A stretch of DNA of 64,000 nt from an uncultured Nitrososphaerota archaeon (GCA_964518475.1 CAZFGR010000001.1:160001-224000); one strand, 5' to 3'; shown: positions 48,156 through 59,282, numbered from the stretch's first letter. A program made the numbers and translations. The notes: generated by a model from the letters alone, not told the origin.

Positions 48156-49994
48156 TTATTGAATTTGATAGCAATTTCCTTTTTCGCACTTTAATACGTT
48201 AATCTCGTAAGTGTTTAAATCGATAACTGGAACTATACCAGGAGTTGGTTTTATGCCTAATTGTCTCTGCCAAATTGTTAGACCCTGAAAAGATCCACTA
48301 CTCAAGAGAACTACCCCTCCCCTGGAAATTCTTATATCAGCTATGTGGAGATGCCCGATTGCTAAGATGTCAGGAACATCATCTATAACGAGATAATCCT
48401 CTTTCGTTGGTATAATCGGAATTTTTCCCCATATAGGCATGAGATGTCTATTTCTAAGCAATTCTACTAAAATTCGCGTTGGCTCCTGAATCGATAATTC
48501 AAGATCAGCTGCTATATGCTCTATACCATAACCATGATAAAGAAGGATCTTAACTCCGTTTATTCGTATCCACGCAGGATTTCCAAGAATCTTCACATTA
48601 GGTAAGCTATAGAGACCTTCTGCTATCTTCTCCGATATTGGTGGTTGTGGGACAAATTTTCCCGCCGCATCATGATTTCCAGGAATTATCACTATCGTTT
48701 TATCCTTTGGAATAAGCTCTAGAAACTTGCTAGCTTCCTCATATTGCTTATATATATCAACTATTTCAAGCTCACTTTTTTGTTCTGGGTAAACTCCTAT
48801 TCCATCGACTAGATCTCCATTGATAATCACGTATTTTACATCTTTAGCTAATCTTTTTAATTCATCGTCTTCTACACGCTGGTTTAGGAAATTTATAAAG
48901 CTGAGAAATTCCTCTCGTAGAAATTTTGCGCTTCCTACGTGTATGTCAGATATGAATGCCACTTTAGTCGGAAATGGCGCTCTATTGCGTTCCCTTAAAA
49001 TAGGAGTTTCTGGGAATATTATGTCTTCAGCGATTAAGTATTTCCTGTTGTCTCTAGTTTTACCTTCTATAGCTATAACAGTGTCCAGTAAAACATAATT
49101 GAATTTTGTTCTTAATTCATTCTCTAAGGGGACTATTACCTTAATTTCTTTTTCTGGCGTATCGCCAATAATTATCCCAATGTTTTTCTTTCTATCATAT
49201 CTTTTTTCTTTAACAAGTATTATCACGTAAGTGCTTCTTCTAGTCTTTTCAATTCCATTTAATTTATAATTTCTTTGTACTCCATAATTTCGTTTGAGAA
49301 GAATCTCTTTTATCTTATGATAGCGATCCTCAAAATATTGTCTAAAAATTTCGGCTGAGTCTTCGACTACTATTTTTTCTGGCACTTTAATAACTTCAAT
49401 CTGAAGCACCGTTCTTTCCTTTTCACTTATGTCAGCTTGTATTTTTTTCTCTAATTTTTGATGCAATTTCTCACTGAAATTATCCTCTTTTTCTTCCCTA
49501 ATTGATATTTCTAGTTGCTGTTTTCTTTCTTTCACTTCTGATTTTCTATGTTTCTTCTCCTCAGGAACTTCTTTAATATCCTTATCTTCTAATAGGTATT
49601 CTTCAATACTTTTCTTGATAAGACTCTCTAATTGTGGTTTCTTCTTATTGCTAGTAACTACTTTTTGTATAACTTTTCGCCCTTGCTTCTTCGGTAGGTT
49701 ATTCTCTCTAGCATATGGTTTACTAGCTTTACTTTGCTTTTCAGAGATCCTCGAAAATCTTTCTAGTATCAGTTTAAGAATTTCAATAGTAATTGTATTA
49801 CTTTCAACTTGCACTGTGCTATCTCTTAGACTTTTTAGAAAATCTTCCCAAGATTCTTCATCTAATAGTTCCTTTCTTAATAGAAGTAGAATAAATAAGG
49901 CATCGGGCGCCACTCGTTTTCTTGTAACTCTAATAATATCCCTGAGAAGCTCTTCTGTCTCTTTTAGGGCCAATCTATACGCCGCTAGGGACAT
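48156..49994 (-). CDS. DNA polymerase D small subunit DP1
   Basis: YFEDRY, SDIHVGS, GDLVDGIGVYPEQ, PGNHD, YHG, GHLH, FQGLT. Confidence 0.95.
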   Translation of the reverse strand: MSLAAYRLALKETEELLRDIIRVTRKRVAPDALFILLLLRKELLDEESWEDFLKSLRDSTVQVESNTITIEILKLILERFSRISEKQSKASKPYARENNLPKKQGRKVIQKVVTSNKKKPQLESLIKKSIEEYLLEDKDIKEVPEEKKHRKSEVKERKQQLEISIREEKEDNFSEKLHQKLEKKIQADISEKERTVLQIEVIKVPEKIVVEDSAEIFRQYFEDRYHKIKEILLKRNYGVQRNYKLNGIEKTRRSTYVIILVKEKRYDRKKNIGIIIGDTPEKEIKVIVPLENELRTKFNYVLLDTVIAIEGKTRDNRKYLIAEDIIFPETPILRERNRAPFPTKVAFISDIHVGSAKFLREEFLSFINFLNQRVEDDELKRLAKDVKYVIINGDLVDGIGVYPEQKSELEIVDIYKQYEEASKFLELIPKDKTIVIIPGNHDAAGKFVPQPPISEKIAEGLYSLPNVKILGNPAWIRINGVKILLYHGYGIEHIAADLELSIQEPTRILVELLRNRHLMPIWGKIPIIPTKEDYLVIDDVPDILAIGHLHIADIRISRGGVVLLSSGSFQGLTIWQRQLGIKPTPGIVPVIDLNTYEINVLKCEKGNCYQIQ

Positions 49995-50185
49995 ACTGAC
50001 ACCTACGAAGTTTCCTTCTTGGCTTATTATTTAAACATCTGAATTTCTCCAATAACATACTCTTACCAAAAAATCTTAGTTCTAAGTACTTTTTTACCCT
50101 TAATTCTGGACATTTACGTTTATTACCACTTATATCTTTTCTTTTTCAGATACTAATATGAAAGTTAAAATTTTGGTGATTCAGT

Positions 50186-50935
50186 TTGTCCTTAGCCCCA
50201 AGAGAGAAAAAACTTTACTTCTTTGACAGCGATTCATTAATTGTTATTAATAATCTAAGCATCAGTAAGTTGACAATTTTTAGAATGAGAACCTTCTTGC
50301 TTGATCTACTTAGGGAACTTGGAGAGGATGTCCATGCATTATATACGCTTATACAAGAGACAATTTCTATCGCATTGAGATTATTACCTCTGAAGAAGAA
50401 GTACTCTTCGACATTATATGAATTATCCTTAGCAACTCTATGGTTAGTATTACGCGAACGAGGAATTAATAAATATACGTTATACCGATTGGTAGAGACC
50501 GCAAAAAAGAAAATGAAAAAAAGGATTCTCATGAAACGCCTCTTATTAATTTTATCCGATATTAGGTACATTTTTCGTGAACTAGATGCAAAAGATGAGA
50601 TAAAGAAAGTCGTTATGAAAACGCTTCCTAAGTTATTCAAGCATCCATCTATGATGCAAAGAACAGTAAAAATCCTCGGAGAAAAAGCCCCAGCATACAT
50701 TCGGCTACTCAGACTTAGCATCTTTCGAATACTAAATAGCTTAAACGTTCAGGATGTCTCTGGTAAATCAAGAACCGTTCTATCAGCAATATGCATTTAT
50801 GCAGCTGATAAAGTAGCTTGCAAAGAACTTAATATAAGACCATTAATCTCAGCAAAAATGCTTGAAGATCTTTTAGGAATTAGTCAATTCACAGTCTTAC
50901 GACATTACAAAAAATATCTTTGCAAGTTGCGTTAG
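50186..50935 (+). CDS. TFIIB/cyclin-fold protein lacking Zn ribbon
   Basis: SGKSRTVLSAICIYAA...ISAKMLEDLLGISQFTVLRHYK. Confidence 0.65.
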   Translation: MSLAPREKKLYFFDSDSLIVINNLSISKLTIFRMRTFLLDLLRELGEDVHALYTLIQETISIALRLLPLKKKYSSTLYELSLATLWLVLRERGINKYTLYRLVETAKKKMKKRILMKRLLLILSDIRYIFRELDAKDEIKKVVMKTLPKLFKHPSMMQRTVKILGEKAPAYIRLLRLSIFRILNSLNVQDVSGKSRTVLSAICIYAADKVACKELNIRPLISAKMLEDLLGISQFTVLRHYKKYLCKLR

Positions 50936-50981
50936 ATTATGGTTATTTCGGGTTATTCGAAGGATATTCTCCTTATTATTT

Positions 50982-52490
50982 TTGGTGAAATTATTGCCTC
51001 TCAAATGTTTACATTCGTATTATATTGGTTCCTTATTCCATTGTTGTATTTATGAAGATTCTACGGGATATGTTTATTCAATATTCTTAGATAAAGAGAT
51101 AGAAGTACTAGGGGCTTTGCTAACGTACGAACTAGCGAGAATTGTCAAAAAAACCGCTTATTTAAGATACATAACCAGCTTCCATGATTTTATAGTTGAA
51201 ATGCGAAAACTTGTAGAAAAAAGAGTCGAAAAGAAATTAGAGAAATTCGGGTTGCACAAGAAACTTAAGGACAAGGCTCTAGAGACCTTTATAAAGTACG
51301 TGACCTATCGGTGTATAGGATTCCAAAATCTTATCCCTGTACTACTAGATAACAATGTTGATGAAATATATCTAGATACACCATTTAATGAGATATATAT
51401 TGATCACCAGCATTTTGGGAGATTAAAGGTCTATCCAAAAGCCACAATGGAGGAAGTTGAAAAATTATTATTTATCTCAAAATTCGAATCTGATCATACT
51501 GTTAGTTATGAAAATCCATCCCTTAAAACGGTTCTTCTATCTCCAGACTTTAAAGTTCGAGTAGCTGTTGATTTTCCTCCTCTATGTCCCCAAGGCCCAA
51601 GTATTGATATCAGGCGACTCCGAGAAAAACCATTACCTCCTACTTCATGGCTTCGTAAACGTGCTGATTTAGATTTTCTATCCTTTTTAATTACAAGCCT
51701 TGCTATGAGACCTAATATTGTAATAGTCGGAGAACCTGGTTCTGGAAAAACTTCTTTATTAATTTTTTTGCTAGCTTTACTCCCAGATAAATGGAGGATA
51801 GTAGCTATTGAAGATACTAGAGAAATACCTAATTTGACACCATATGGTAAAAGGATAGTCTACATTAAAGTAAAGCCATTCGAGGCTGAAAGAGTACAAT
51901 ATAGCAAGGAAAAAGAAATAATAAAACTCCTTCATCGTTCGCCTGATTATGTGGCTATAGGGGAACTACAATCTAAAGCCGATAATTTAGCATTTTTCCA
52001 TGCTTTGTCTGCTGGTATTCGAGGAATGGGAACTATACATGCAACAAGTATTGATGAACTATTCGATAGATGGATTAATATCTTCCATATTAAGTCATCC
52101 CTAATAAAGAATCTCGACATCATAGTATTCATGAAGAAAATTATTCTACACAAAAAAATTCTTCGTGGATTAAACGATATCATCTTGCACATTGACCAAG
52201 CAAACCTTTCGAAAGGCGTTCGTTTTGATTTGAACATAAATAGTGTTCATAAAACCATAGCTTTCTGGCAGCCGTTTCGTCCCGAAAATTCTAAGGTTTA
52301 TATACAAGCTCTGATCAACAAAAGAATAAAGAAGAAGAACAGCTTACCAGAAAAAGTCAATCTTTTCCAGAAATATCAAAGTATAATAAGAGAGGAACTA
52401 AAGAGTTCTAGTAACATTGGTGATGAACGAAAATTTTTCATAACCATTTCTAGATTGTTATCCGAGTTACACGATGCTCTTTACTCCTAG
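50982..52490 (+). CDS. Type II/IV secretion-system ATPase (VirB11/TadA-like)
   Basis: SIDIRR, GEPGSGKT, IEDTRE, PDYVAIGE, GTIHA. Confidence 0.88.
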   Translation: MVKLLPLKCLHSYYIGSLFHCCIYEDSTGYVYSIFLDKEIEVLGALLTYELARIVKKTAYLRYITSFHDFIVEMRKLVEKRVEKKLEKFGLHKKLKDKALETFIKYVTYRCIGFQNLIPVLLDNNVDEIYLDTPFNEIYIDHQHFGRLKVYPKATMEEVEKLLFISKFESDHTVSYENPSLKTVLLSPDFKVRVAVDFPPLCPQGPSIDIRRLREKPLPPTSWLRKRADLDFLSFLITSLAMRPNIVIVGEPGSGKTSLLIFLLALLPDKWRIVAIEDTREIPNLTPYGKRIVYIKVKPFEAERVQYSKEKEIIKLLHRSPDYVAIGELQSKADNLAFFHALSAGIRGMGTIHATSIDELFDRWINIFHIKSSLIKNLDIIVFMKKIILHKKILRGLNDIILHIDQANLSKGVRFDLNINSVHKTIAFWQPFRPENSKVYIQALINKRIKKKNSLPEKVNLFQKYQSIIREELKSSSNIGDERKFFITISRLLSELHDALYS

Positions 52491-52542
52491 ACTCGAAAAG
52501 AATTATCCAGCAGATAATAAGTATAAAGCCCGTTGATAAATC

Positions 52543-53487
52543 ATGCCTGAGCCTATCACGATTCACTTCCTAGGCACTGGCGGTACAGCTCCCTTTAAAA
52601 AGAGAAAAATGCCATGTATAGCTGTGAAATTCTTGGATAAGTTAATAATTATGGATATTGGCGAGGGATGCCAATACTCTCTTCTCACAGAAAAATTTCA
52701 CCCAAAACGATCTAAAGTAATAATACTTATTTCTCATTTTCATGCCGATCATACAACAGGCCTTCCAGGATTCCTCAATTCTCTAAAGCTTATGAATAAA
52801 ACAGATCCTATAATAGTTATAGGCCCTAGAGGATTAAGCACATTTTTGAGCCATGTAGAAAAAGCTTTCCAACTAGAAGATAAGCCATACGAACTATTTC
52901 TCAAGGAAATACAAACTGAAAAAACAGACACCCTTATCCAGGCATACGAAGATAAAGAGATAAAGATACTATGTTTTAGAACAATACACCCAAACACTTC
53001 TTCTTTGGGATTTATATTAATGGAAAAAGAGAGCCATAAAACTCTAGCCATCAGGAATAGAGAAGAATTCATGAAACTAAGTTATAACCAAAAAAGAAGA
53101 TTCCTATGCCAAGACTCTTCGTTCGTAGTTATTAGACCCCCTCGTAGTATTGTATACACTGGAGATACACGCCCAATATATTTTTTAAAAGACCTAGTAC
53201 CTACACCTCCAGATTTGATAATACATGATGCGACGTTTATTGGAGATGCACACTATGAGGAAGCTTTGAAAACTGGTCACTCGAGTATTGAAGAGGCATT
53301 AGATATCGCCTCACTATTACGTGCTAGTACGCTTGCACTTGTTCACATCTCACCTAGATACGAATTAGACACGGTAATTAATGCAATTTTGAAGTCTATA
53401 AGAGGGAAAATAGAGAAAGGTCTTCCCGAAAAATTTCTACCAAATATAATAATTCCATGCGATGGTGACATAGTTACGATTAGGTGA
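52543..53487 (+). CDS. rnz: Ribonuclease Z
   Basis: FLGTGG, DIGEG, SHFHADH, YTGDT, HDATF, GHS, HISPRY. Confidence 0.93.
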   Translation: MPEPITIHFLGTGGTAPFKKRKMPCIAVKFLDKLIIMDIGEGCQYSLLTEKFHPKRSKVIILISHFHADHTTGLPGFLNSLKLMNKTDPIIVIGPRGLSTFLSHVEKAFQLEDKPYELFLKEIQTEKTDTLIQAYEDKEIKILCFRTIHPNTSSLGFILMEKESHKTLAIRNREEFMKLSYNQKRRFLCQDSSFVVIRPPRSIVYTGDTRPIYFLKDLVPTPPDLIIHDATFIGDAHYEEALKTGHSSIEEALDIASLLRASTLALVHISPRYELDTVINAILKSIRGKIEKGLPEKFLPNIIIPCDGDIVTIR

Positions 53488-54823
53488 GAGAAAGTCCCTC
53501 TTTAACGCATTTAATGATTTCTCTGTAATTTCTTTCGATATTCACCTCGGATCTAGAAATACTTTTACTAAGCAGAGCTCTGAGAATATTTTGCTTAAAG
53601 AATTCCCGCAATACAATTGTCGCATATTCACCTTTTCTTAAAGAAAATTGAAGAATAACTTTTCGTAATCCTCTCACATCTTCCGAATTTATGAAAATAT
53701 AGTGAAATATGGGTTTAAGAAAAGCAGGCCTTAGTGTACCTTTAAAGGAGAGAGGAGGAAAATCATTATTTTTAAACATACTGATAGAAATACCTTCCTC
53801 TTCAAGTACTTCTTTTATAATTTCAGATATATGATCATCTCTTAATTTTGTTTGATAGCCCGGAATTATAATTAGGAAGTTCTGCTTCACATCCTTGGGA
53901 AAGACTCCCTCTAATAGGCTTTTGCTAAGTATTTTATTGAAAATATATGCTTGGTACGCTTCTCCTAACATCCTCAATAGGTAAGCTGGCAACCTTCTTA
54001 AAGCTTCTTTAGGATTTAATCCTTTTAACAGTGCTTTAAGTAGCACTTTTTCGAATAAAAAACCTCTCGTAGGTAGTTCCTTAAGCGCCTGTTCATAATT
54101 CCCATTCTCTATCTCTCGCTTAATTTCTAACATTTTGTTATCATCAACTATTGAAGGCGAAGTTAAGTAAATCCTAATGGCTTCTTCGTATTTTCTGAGG
54201 AATAGGAGCTTACCAACAACATGTGTTATTGGTCTAATTATGCCAAACCGTTGATATCCAAAAAAATTTGGAACCATTATATCTACTAGCTCATCATATG
54301 TTTTTTCCATTTTCAAAATATCCTGACTAGGTATGTCTCTGATTGTAATTGTGAACCTGTTCCCTAAATGCTCACCAATATGTACTCTTCTCAGTTCTCT
54401 AATCGGGGAGAAAATTTTTATTTCTTTGAAGGAACCGGCTATCTCCAGCAATTTACTTGGAGGAACTCCCCAGACAGCGACTCTCTGTACCGTAACCGCT
54501 TCTCTATCTTTGTTTCCACTATAAAAGAAGAATCCCACGGGGACATTTAGTTTCTCAGCAAGCATCCATAGGGCTTCGAAATTCCCAATGTTTCTTTTTA
54601 CTAATACAAAATGAGTGAATAATCCCTCATATCCGGATGATCTCAAAGTCGGTCTCTCTAGAGTTAATATAGTACCATCGGGTAATATTTCTTCTACAAT
54701 AAAGTCTTCAGGTACTGTCTTGAGAACTCCCAAAATTCCGTCAGTTGTCGTCACCCAGCAGTACATTCCGAACAACTTGTCATATTCTGGAACGTCTTTT
54801 CGCAAATTACTCACCCTTTTCAT
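53480..54823 (-). CDS. truD: tRNA pseudouridine(13) synthase TruD/Pus7
   Basis: PEDFIVEE, GNKDREAVTVQ, GNRFTITIR, PNFFGYQRFG, GEYAT. Confidence 0.95.
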   Translation of the reverse strand: MKRVSNLRKDVPEYDKLFGMYCWVTTTDGILGVLKTVPEDFIVEEILPDGTILTLERPTLRSSGYEGLFTHFVLVKRNIGNFEALWMLAEKLNVPVGFFFYSGNKDREAVTVQRVAVWGVPPSKLLEIAGSFKEIKIFSPIRELRRVHIGEHLGNRFTITIRDIPSQDILKMEKTYDELVDIMVPNFFGYQRFGIIRPITHVVGKLLFLRKYEEAIRIYLTSPSIVDDNKMLEIKREIENGNYEQALKELPTRGFLFEKVLLKALLKGLNPKEALRRLPAYLLRMLGEAYQAYIFNKILSKSLLEGVFPKDVKQNFLIIIPGYQTKLRDDHISEIIKEVLEEEGISISMFKNNDFPPLSFKGTLRPAFLKPIFHYIFINSEDVRGLRKVILQFSLRKGEYATIVLREFFKQNILRALLSKSISRSEVNIERNYREIIKCVKEGLSLT

Positions 54824-55188
54824 AAAAGCTTCAATCCTCTCGTAATATTATCGACTAAACGGGCTGGTGCCGGTCCTATACCAATACACGTAATTGTACC
54901 CGGCGGAACTACGGTCAATCCAGCATCCTTAATTAGACAGCAAGGCAATCCAGCATTTTTTGCTTTGTTGTAGATACTTAGTAATTCCTCTAAGGACTTC
55001 ACTTTTACAACAATTTTTTTCTGACCACTATTTAACCATGCATCCGCCCATTCTTTTCGTATCTTTAAGGCTTCAAGATAAGCTGTTATAGCAGCATGTG
55101 CTACTTGTACACACAGTTTGCCTTTAGGTAAACCTAAATCAGTTCTAACCACTATAACTTGTTTGTAATCTTCTCCCAATGATACCAA
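54820..55188 (-). CDS. pth2: Peptidyl-tRNA hydrolase Pth2
   Basis: KQVIVVRTDL, GKLCVQVAHA, GQKKIVVK, DAGLT, GIGP; TTG start after GGTGA. Confidence 0.95.
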   Translation of the reverse strand: MVSLGEDYKQVIVVRTDLGLPKGKLCVQVAHAAITAYLEALKIRKEWADAWLNSGQKKIVVKVKSLEELLSIYNKAKNAGLPCCLIKDAGLTVVPPGTITCIGIGPAPARLVDNITRGLKLL

Positions 55189-55198
55189 TTGTTTCACC

Positions 55199-55744
55199 GT
55201 GAATATTATGTTATCTCTTAAACAAGAATTTATCCGAAGATACTTGAAATACTTGTTAACAGACGTTACTGTTGTGCCCATTGAAGATTTTGAAGTAGAA
55301 ACTCTTAGTAAAAACTATAGATTCGTAGTTGGGGAGGAAATAAAAATACCTCGATGGTTAGCAAAAATCCTTGAGAAAAAAGGAAAAGTAAAAATTAAGG
55401 ATGAGACGGATGTAAGAGAGACTCTTGGAAGATTGCCATATTATATAGTTAGAGAATCAGAAGGGGCTTCTATAGAGATAGAACTGGATTTGTATCTTAA
55501 AGCTAAAGAATACCTCGAAAAGCTCGAAAACTCCAACGTAAAAGAACGTATAAGAGAGATGATTATGCGGTTTATCCGTATAAGATTGCCTAAATTGCTT
55601 CGAAAAGCAATAGTTCCGGGAAGTGAAAAAGAAGCACTCATATGGGAAGATGTACTAATAGCCCTCATCAGAAATGCGCACGAACATTGGGTAAAAACTT
55701 TTTTGGAAACAGATCTATCCAAGCTTCGCGACTTTATACTCTAA
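55199..55744 (+). CDS. GINS subunit Gins23 (Psf2/Psf3-like)
   Basis: IPRWLAKIL B-domain, IRLPKL A-domain; directly upstream of mcm. Confidence 0.8.
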   Translation: MNIMLSLKQEFIRRYLKYLLTDVTVVPIEDFEVETLSKNYRFVVGEEIKIPRWLAKILEKKGKVKIKDETDVRETLGRLPYYIVRESEGASIEIELDLYLKAKEYLEKLENSNVKERIREMIMRFIRIRLPKLLRKAIVPGSEKEALIWEDVLIALIRNAHEHWVKTFLETDLSKLRDFIL

Positions 55745-55950
55745 CATCAACTTTTATGATTTTTACTTTTACTTTGCGTTCTAATATTATGAATTCTAGA
55801 GTAAAAATTTTATTCTACAAGTATCTACTAACTAACTTCTTGAAAATGTCTTATGCCCATATTATGACTCTAAAAATAATAATGATTACTACTTAGTCAC
55901 TTATTCAGTTTGATAGTGACTCAAAAGTTATGAGGAAGAAGGGATAATAA

Positions 55951-58059
55951 GTGGCTTTAGAAGAGGACATGGAAATATCAGAGAAGGAACTAGAGGACAG
56001 ATTCTTAGACTTTCTCCTGAACTTTACTACTCCCGATGACCGGGGACGGGCTCATAATAAATATGCTGACGAGATACAGTTAATAGCTACCGACGAAACT
56101 AGGAGATCGCTACTAGTTGACTACACGGACCTAGCATTATATGATCCAGACCTTGCTGAAAAATTTATGCAAGAGCCCGAGAAAGTTCTAAGGATCTTTG
56201 AGAGAGCTTTTAGACGAGCCTTAAAGATGATGAACGAGGATTTAACAGACTCTCTTCTTAGAAGGTATAGACTTCGATTTAAAAATATTGGAAAACCGTT
56301 ATCTATCCGAGAATTGCATAGAGCTGAGAATTTAGGAAAAATTGTTAGTTTTAAAGGAATCGTAGTAAAAGCGATTAAAGTAAAACCAATTTTGCGTAGA
56401 GCCCTGTTTCGCTGTATGTCTTGTGGTTTTGTATTTCCTCTAGAATTTGAAGGCGAATATCAAAAACCTTCAGAGTGTCCTAACCCTGCTTGTGATAATA
56501 CTACTAGATTCGAAATGCTTAGAGAAGGCATGGAATTTGAAGAATTTCAGGAATTATCTATCCAAGAATTGCCGGAGGAATTGCCTCCTGGGCAGCTTCC
56601 TCAGAGCATCAATGTAACAGTTTGGGGAGATTTAGCTGGGAAAATAAGGCCTGGTGAGAGAGTAACCGTTTATGGAATTGTTAAGACTGTTTTGGAAAAA
56701 CCGTTAAAAGCTGGTCGAAGACCCCTGTTCGATATTTTCGTTGATGCCTTATATATTGATAGTGAATCAGGAGAACTGGGAGAAATCGAGATTACTGAGG
56801 AAGAAAAGGAAAAGATTTTAGCACTAAAAAAGGATCAAAAACTCGAGGAAAAAATTATCAAAAGTATTGCTCCGTCTATTTACGGATATGATATGATAAA
56901 GAAGGCCATAGCTGCTTTGCTTTTCGGTGGTGTACCTAAAGTATTACCTGATGGAACAAAAATCCGAGGAACAATCAACGTATTACTCGTCGGAGATCCC
57001 GGTACCGGAAAATCACAACTCCTCAAATATGTAGCCCAGATTGCGCCTAGGGCGATATATACATCGGGCAAAGGAGCTTCCGCTGCTGGCCTTACTGCAG
57101 CAGTGGTTAAGACAGCTGATGGGTGGGCTCTCGAAGCAGGAGTTCTTGTCCTTGCGGATAAAGGCATAGCTTGTATTGATGAGTTCGATAAAATGTCAAC
57201 TGATGATAGACGAGCACTTCACGAAGCGATGGAACAACAAACTGTCTCTATAGCAAAAGCTGGTATTGTGGCTACATTAAATGCACGAACATCGATTTTA
57301 GCGGCCGCTAATCCGAAGTTTGGTCGATATTTACCTAATAGAGAACTTGGGGAGAACATCGATTTGCCCCCCACTATACTATCTAGATTTGACTTAATAT
57401 TTGTCCTTATCGACCGTCCTGATAAGATGAAAGATTCTGAGCAAGCTTCATACATTCTTGGTCTTCACACAAAAACGATCAAACCAGAGCCTCCTCTGCC
57501 ACCAGAATTTTTAAGAAAATATATTCAGTACGCTCGGGAGTATATTATGCCTGTTTGGACAAAAGAGGCTGCTGAAAAAATAAAAGAATTCTACATAAAA
57601 ATGCGCGCATCCAGTAAGGCTGCTGAGGAGGAATCTCTAGAAATTAGCCCTATAGCTATTACTGCTAGGCAATTAGAAGCTCTAGTAAGGTTAGCGGAAG
57701 CTCATGCGAGGATGTTATTGAAGGAAGTCGTCGATGAGAAGGACGCTGAATTCGCTATAGAGTTAATGAGATATTCTCTTTCTCAAGTAGGTCGTGATCC
57801 ATATAGTGGAAAAATAGACATTGATATTGTCTCCACGGGTGTTTCTCATACGAAGAGAGCAAAATACTTAGAAGTCTTAGATATCATAAGAGATCTCCAG
57901 CAAGAGTATCCGGAAGGTGTACCAGTAAAAAGAATAGTTGAAGAAGCGGCTAAAAGGAATATCTCTGAACAATTTGTGATGGAAATTCTTTCAAGAGAAA
58001 AAGCTCGTGGTAGTATCTATGAGCCTAAGCCTGGCAGATATAAGTTAATCCCCCATTAG
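55951..58059 (+). CDS. mcm: Replicative helicase MCM (no intein seen)
   Basis: C4 Zn finger, GDPGTGKSQ, IDEFDKM, AAANP, SRFDL, TARQLEAL. Confidence 0.98.
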   Translation: MALEEDMEISEKELEDRFLDFLLNFTTPDDRGRAHNKYADEIQLIATDETRRSLLVDYTDLALYDPDLAEKFMQEPEKVLRIFERAFRRALKMMNEDLTDSLLRRYRLRFKNIGKPLSIRELHRAENLGKIVSFKGIVVKAIKVKPILRRALFRCMSCGFVFPLEFEGEYQKPSECPNPACDNTTRFEMLREGMEFEEFQELSIQELPEELPPGQLPQSINVTVWGDLAGKIRPGERVTVYGIVKTVLEKPLKAGRRPLFDIFVDALYIDSESGELGEIEITEEEKEKILALKKDQKLEEKIIKSIAPSIYGYDMIKKAIAALLFGGVPKVLPDGTKIRGTINVLLVGDPGTGKSQLLKYVAQIAPRAIYTSGKGASAAGLTAAVVKTADGWALEAGVLVLADKGIACIDEFDKMSTDDRRALHEAMEQQTVSIAKAGIVATLNARTSILAAANPKFGRYLPNRELGENIDLPPTILSRFDLIFVLIDRPDKMKDSEQASYILGLHTKTIKPEPPLPPEFLRKYIQYAREYIMPVWTKEAAEKIKEFYIKMRASSKAAEEESLEISPIAITARQLEALVRLAEAHARMLLKEVVDEKDAEFAIELMRYSLSQVGRDPYSGKIDIDIVSTGVSHTKRAKYLEVLDIIRDLQQEYPEGVPVKRIVEEAAKRNISEQFVMEILSREKARGSIYEPKPGRYKLIPH

Positions 58060-58581
58060 TAGCTTTTTCTTTTTAGCTTTTTTAGGTTTCCTAACAATTA
58101 CTACATCCCCTAATGTTAACTGGCTTACTCTCTTCTTCTGATGAGAGGTTTTATACTGTTCTGCAAATTCATCTGGTTCAATGGGTCGTCTTAAGGAAAT
58201 TTTTAAAACCTTCTCTATTTTCGTAATTACGTGTTCTGGCGGTATGATTTTTTCTCTCTCAATTTTTTTGATAAAACTTAATGGCTCTCCTATCAATCTT
58301 GCCAAATCCTCTTGAGACAACTTCATCCTTTCTCTTGCTAATCGTATTTTTTCACCATAATTATCTACTAAATCCCAAGAAAAAACCTCTAATATTCGTA
58401 TTTTATGAGATTTAGTACTACTTCTCGTAAAAGTTCTCTTCCTTTGTCTATTAGAAGATGAAACTGGAGACCCATACTTAGCACACTCGTCACATAGAAT
58501 TAAAACTGCTCCTTCAACTTCGTAATACTTAGGTTTTAAAATCGGTCTTCCACATATCTCACAATAGTAGGTTGTACTCAC
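58045..58581 (-). CDS. mbf1: Archaeal multiprotein bridging factor aMBF1
   Basis: CEICG...CDECAKYG Zn ribbon, HTH, TLGD. Confidence 0.93.
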   Translation of the reverse strand: MSTTYYCEICGRPILKPKYYEVEGAVLILCDECAKYGSPVSSSNRQRKRTFTRSSTKSHKIRILEVFSWDLVDNYGEKIRLARERMKLSQEDLARLIGEPLSFIKKIEREKIIPPEHVITKIEKVLKISLRRPIEPDEFAEQYKTSHQKKRVSQLTLGDVVIVRKPKKAKKKKLLMGD

Positions 58582-58680
58582 AAGTCACACCGGAAATTTT
58601 TAAGTTTATATTAATAATAGAAAATGTAACGGTGTTGAATATAAAGTTGAATATAAATATTAGAAATCGAGGGGCTTCTT

Positions 58681-59247
58681 TTGCGAATAGTTCTCCTTGG
58701 CCCTCCGGGAGCTGGTAAAGGTACTCAAGCCGCACTTTTAAAAGAAAAGTTTGGTATTCCTCATATCTCTACTGGAGAAATATTTCGAGAAGAAATAGAG
58801 AAAGGCTCAGCATTAGGAATCAGAATCAGAGAGTTTGTCTCTAAAGGGATTTTAGTACCCGATGAAATCGTCGTAGAAGTTGTCAAGAATCGTTTATCCG
58901 CCTCAGATTGTATTAATGGCTGGATTTTAGACGGTTTTCCTCGTACTCTTAATCAAGCAAAACTTCTTGACAAAATTCTCCAAAATATGGAACAAAAAAT
59001 AGATATCGCAATTTATATTGATGTGCCAGAAGAAGAAGCTATAAGAAGACTTCTGAGTAGAGGTAGGGGAGACGATAAAATTTGTACACTTAAACGACGA
59101 TTCAAAGAGTATCTAAATAAAACAGCTCCCGTAATAGAGTACTATAAGGAGAAGGGCTTACTAGTAATGATTAATGGTGTGGGGAGTATAGAAGAAGTTC
59201 ATCTAAGAATATTAAATGCTTTGAAAGAAAAGAGAATTATCAATTAA
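58681..59247 (+). CDS. adk: Adenylate kinase (bacterial-type, short LID)
   Basis: GPPGAGKGTQ, HISTG, LDGFPR, RGRGDD. Confidence 0.93.
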   Translation: MRIVLLGPPGAGKGTQAALLKEKFGIPHISTGEIFREEIEKGSALGIRIREFVSKGILVPDEIVVEVVKNRLSASDCINGWILDGFPRTLNQAKLLDKILQNMEQKIDIAIYIDVPEEEAIRRLLSRGRGDDKICTLKRRFKEYLNKTAPVIEYYKEKGLLVMINGVGSIEEVHLRILNALKEKRIIN

Positions 59248-59282
59248 TCTAGTCTATAACTAGTACGGCAATCAGTAACTCG

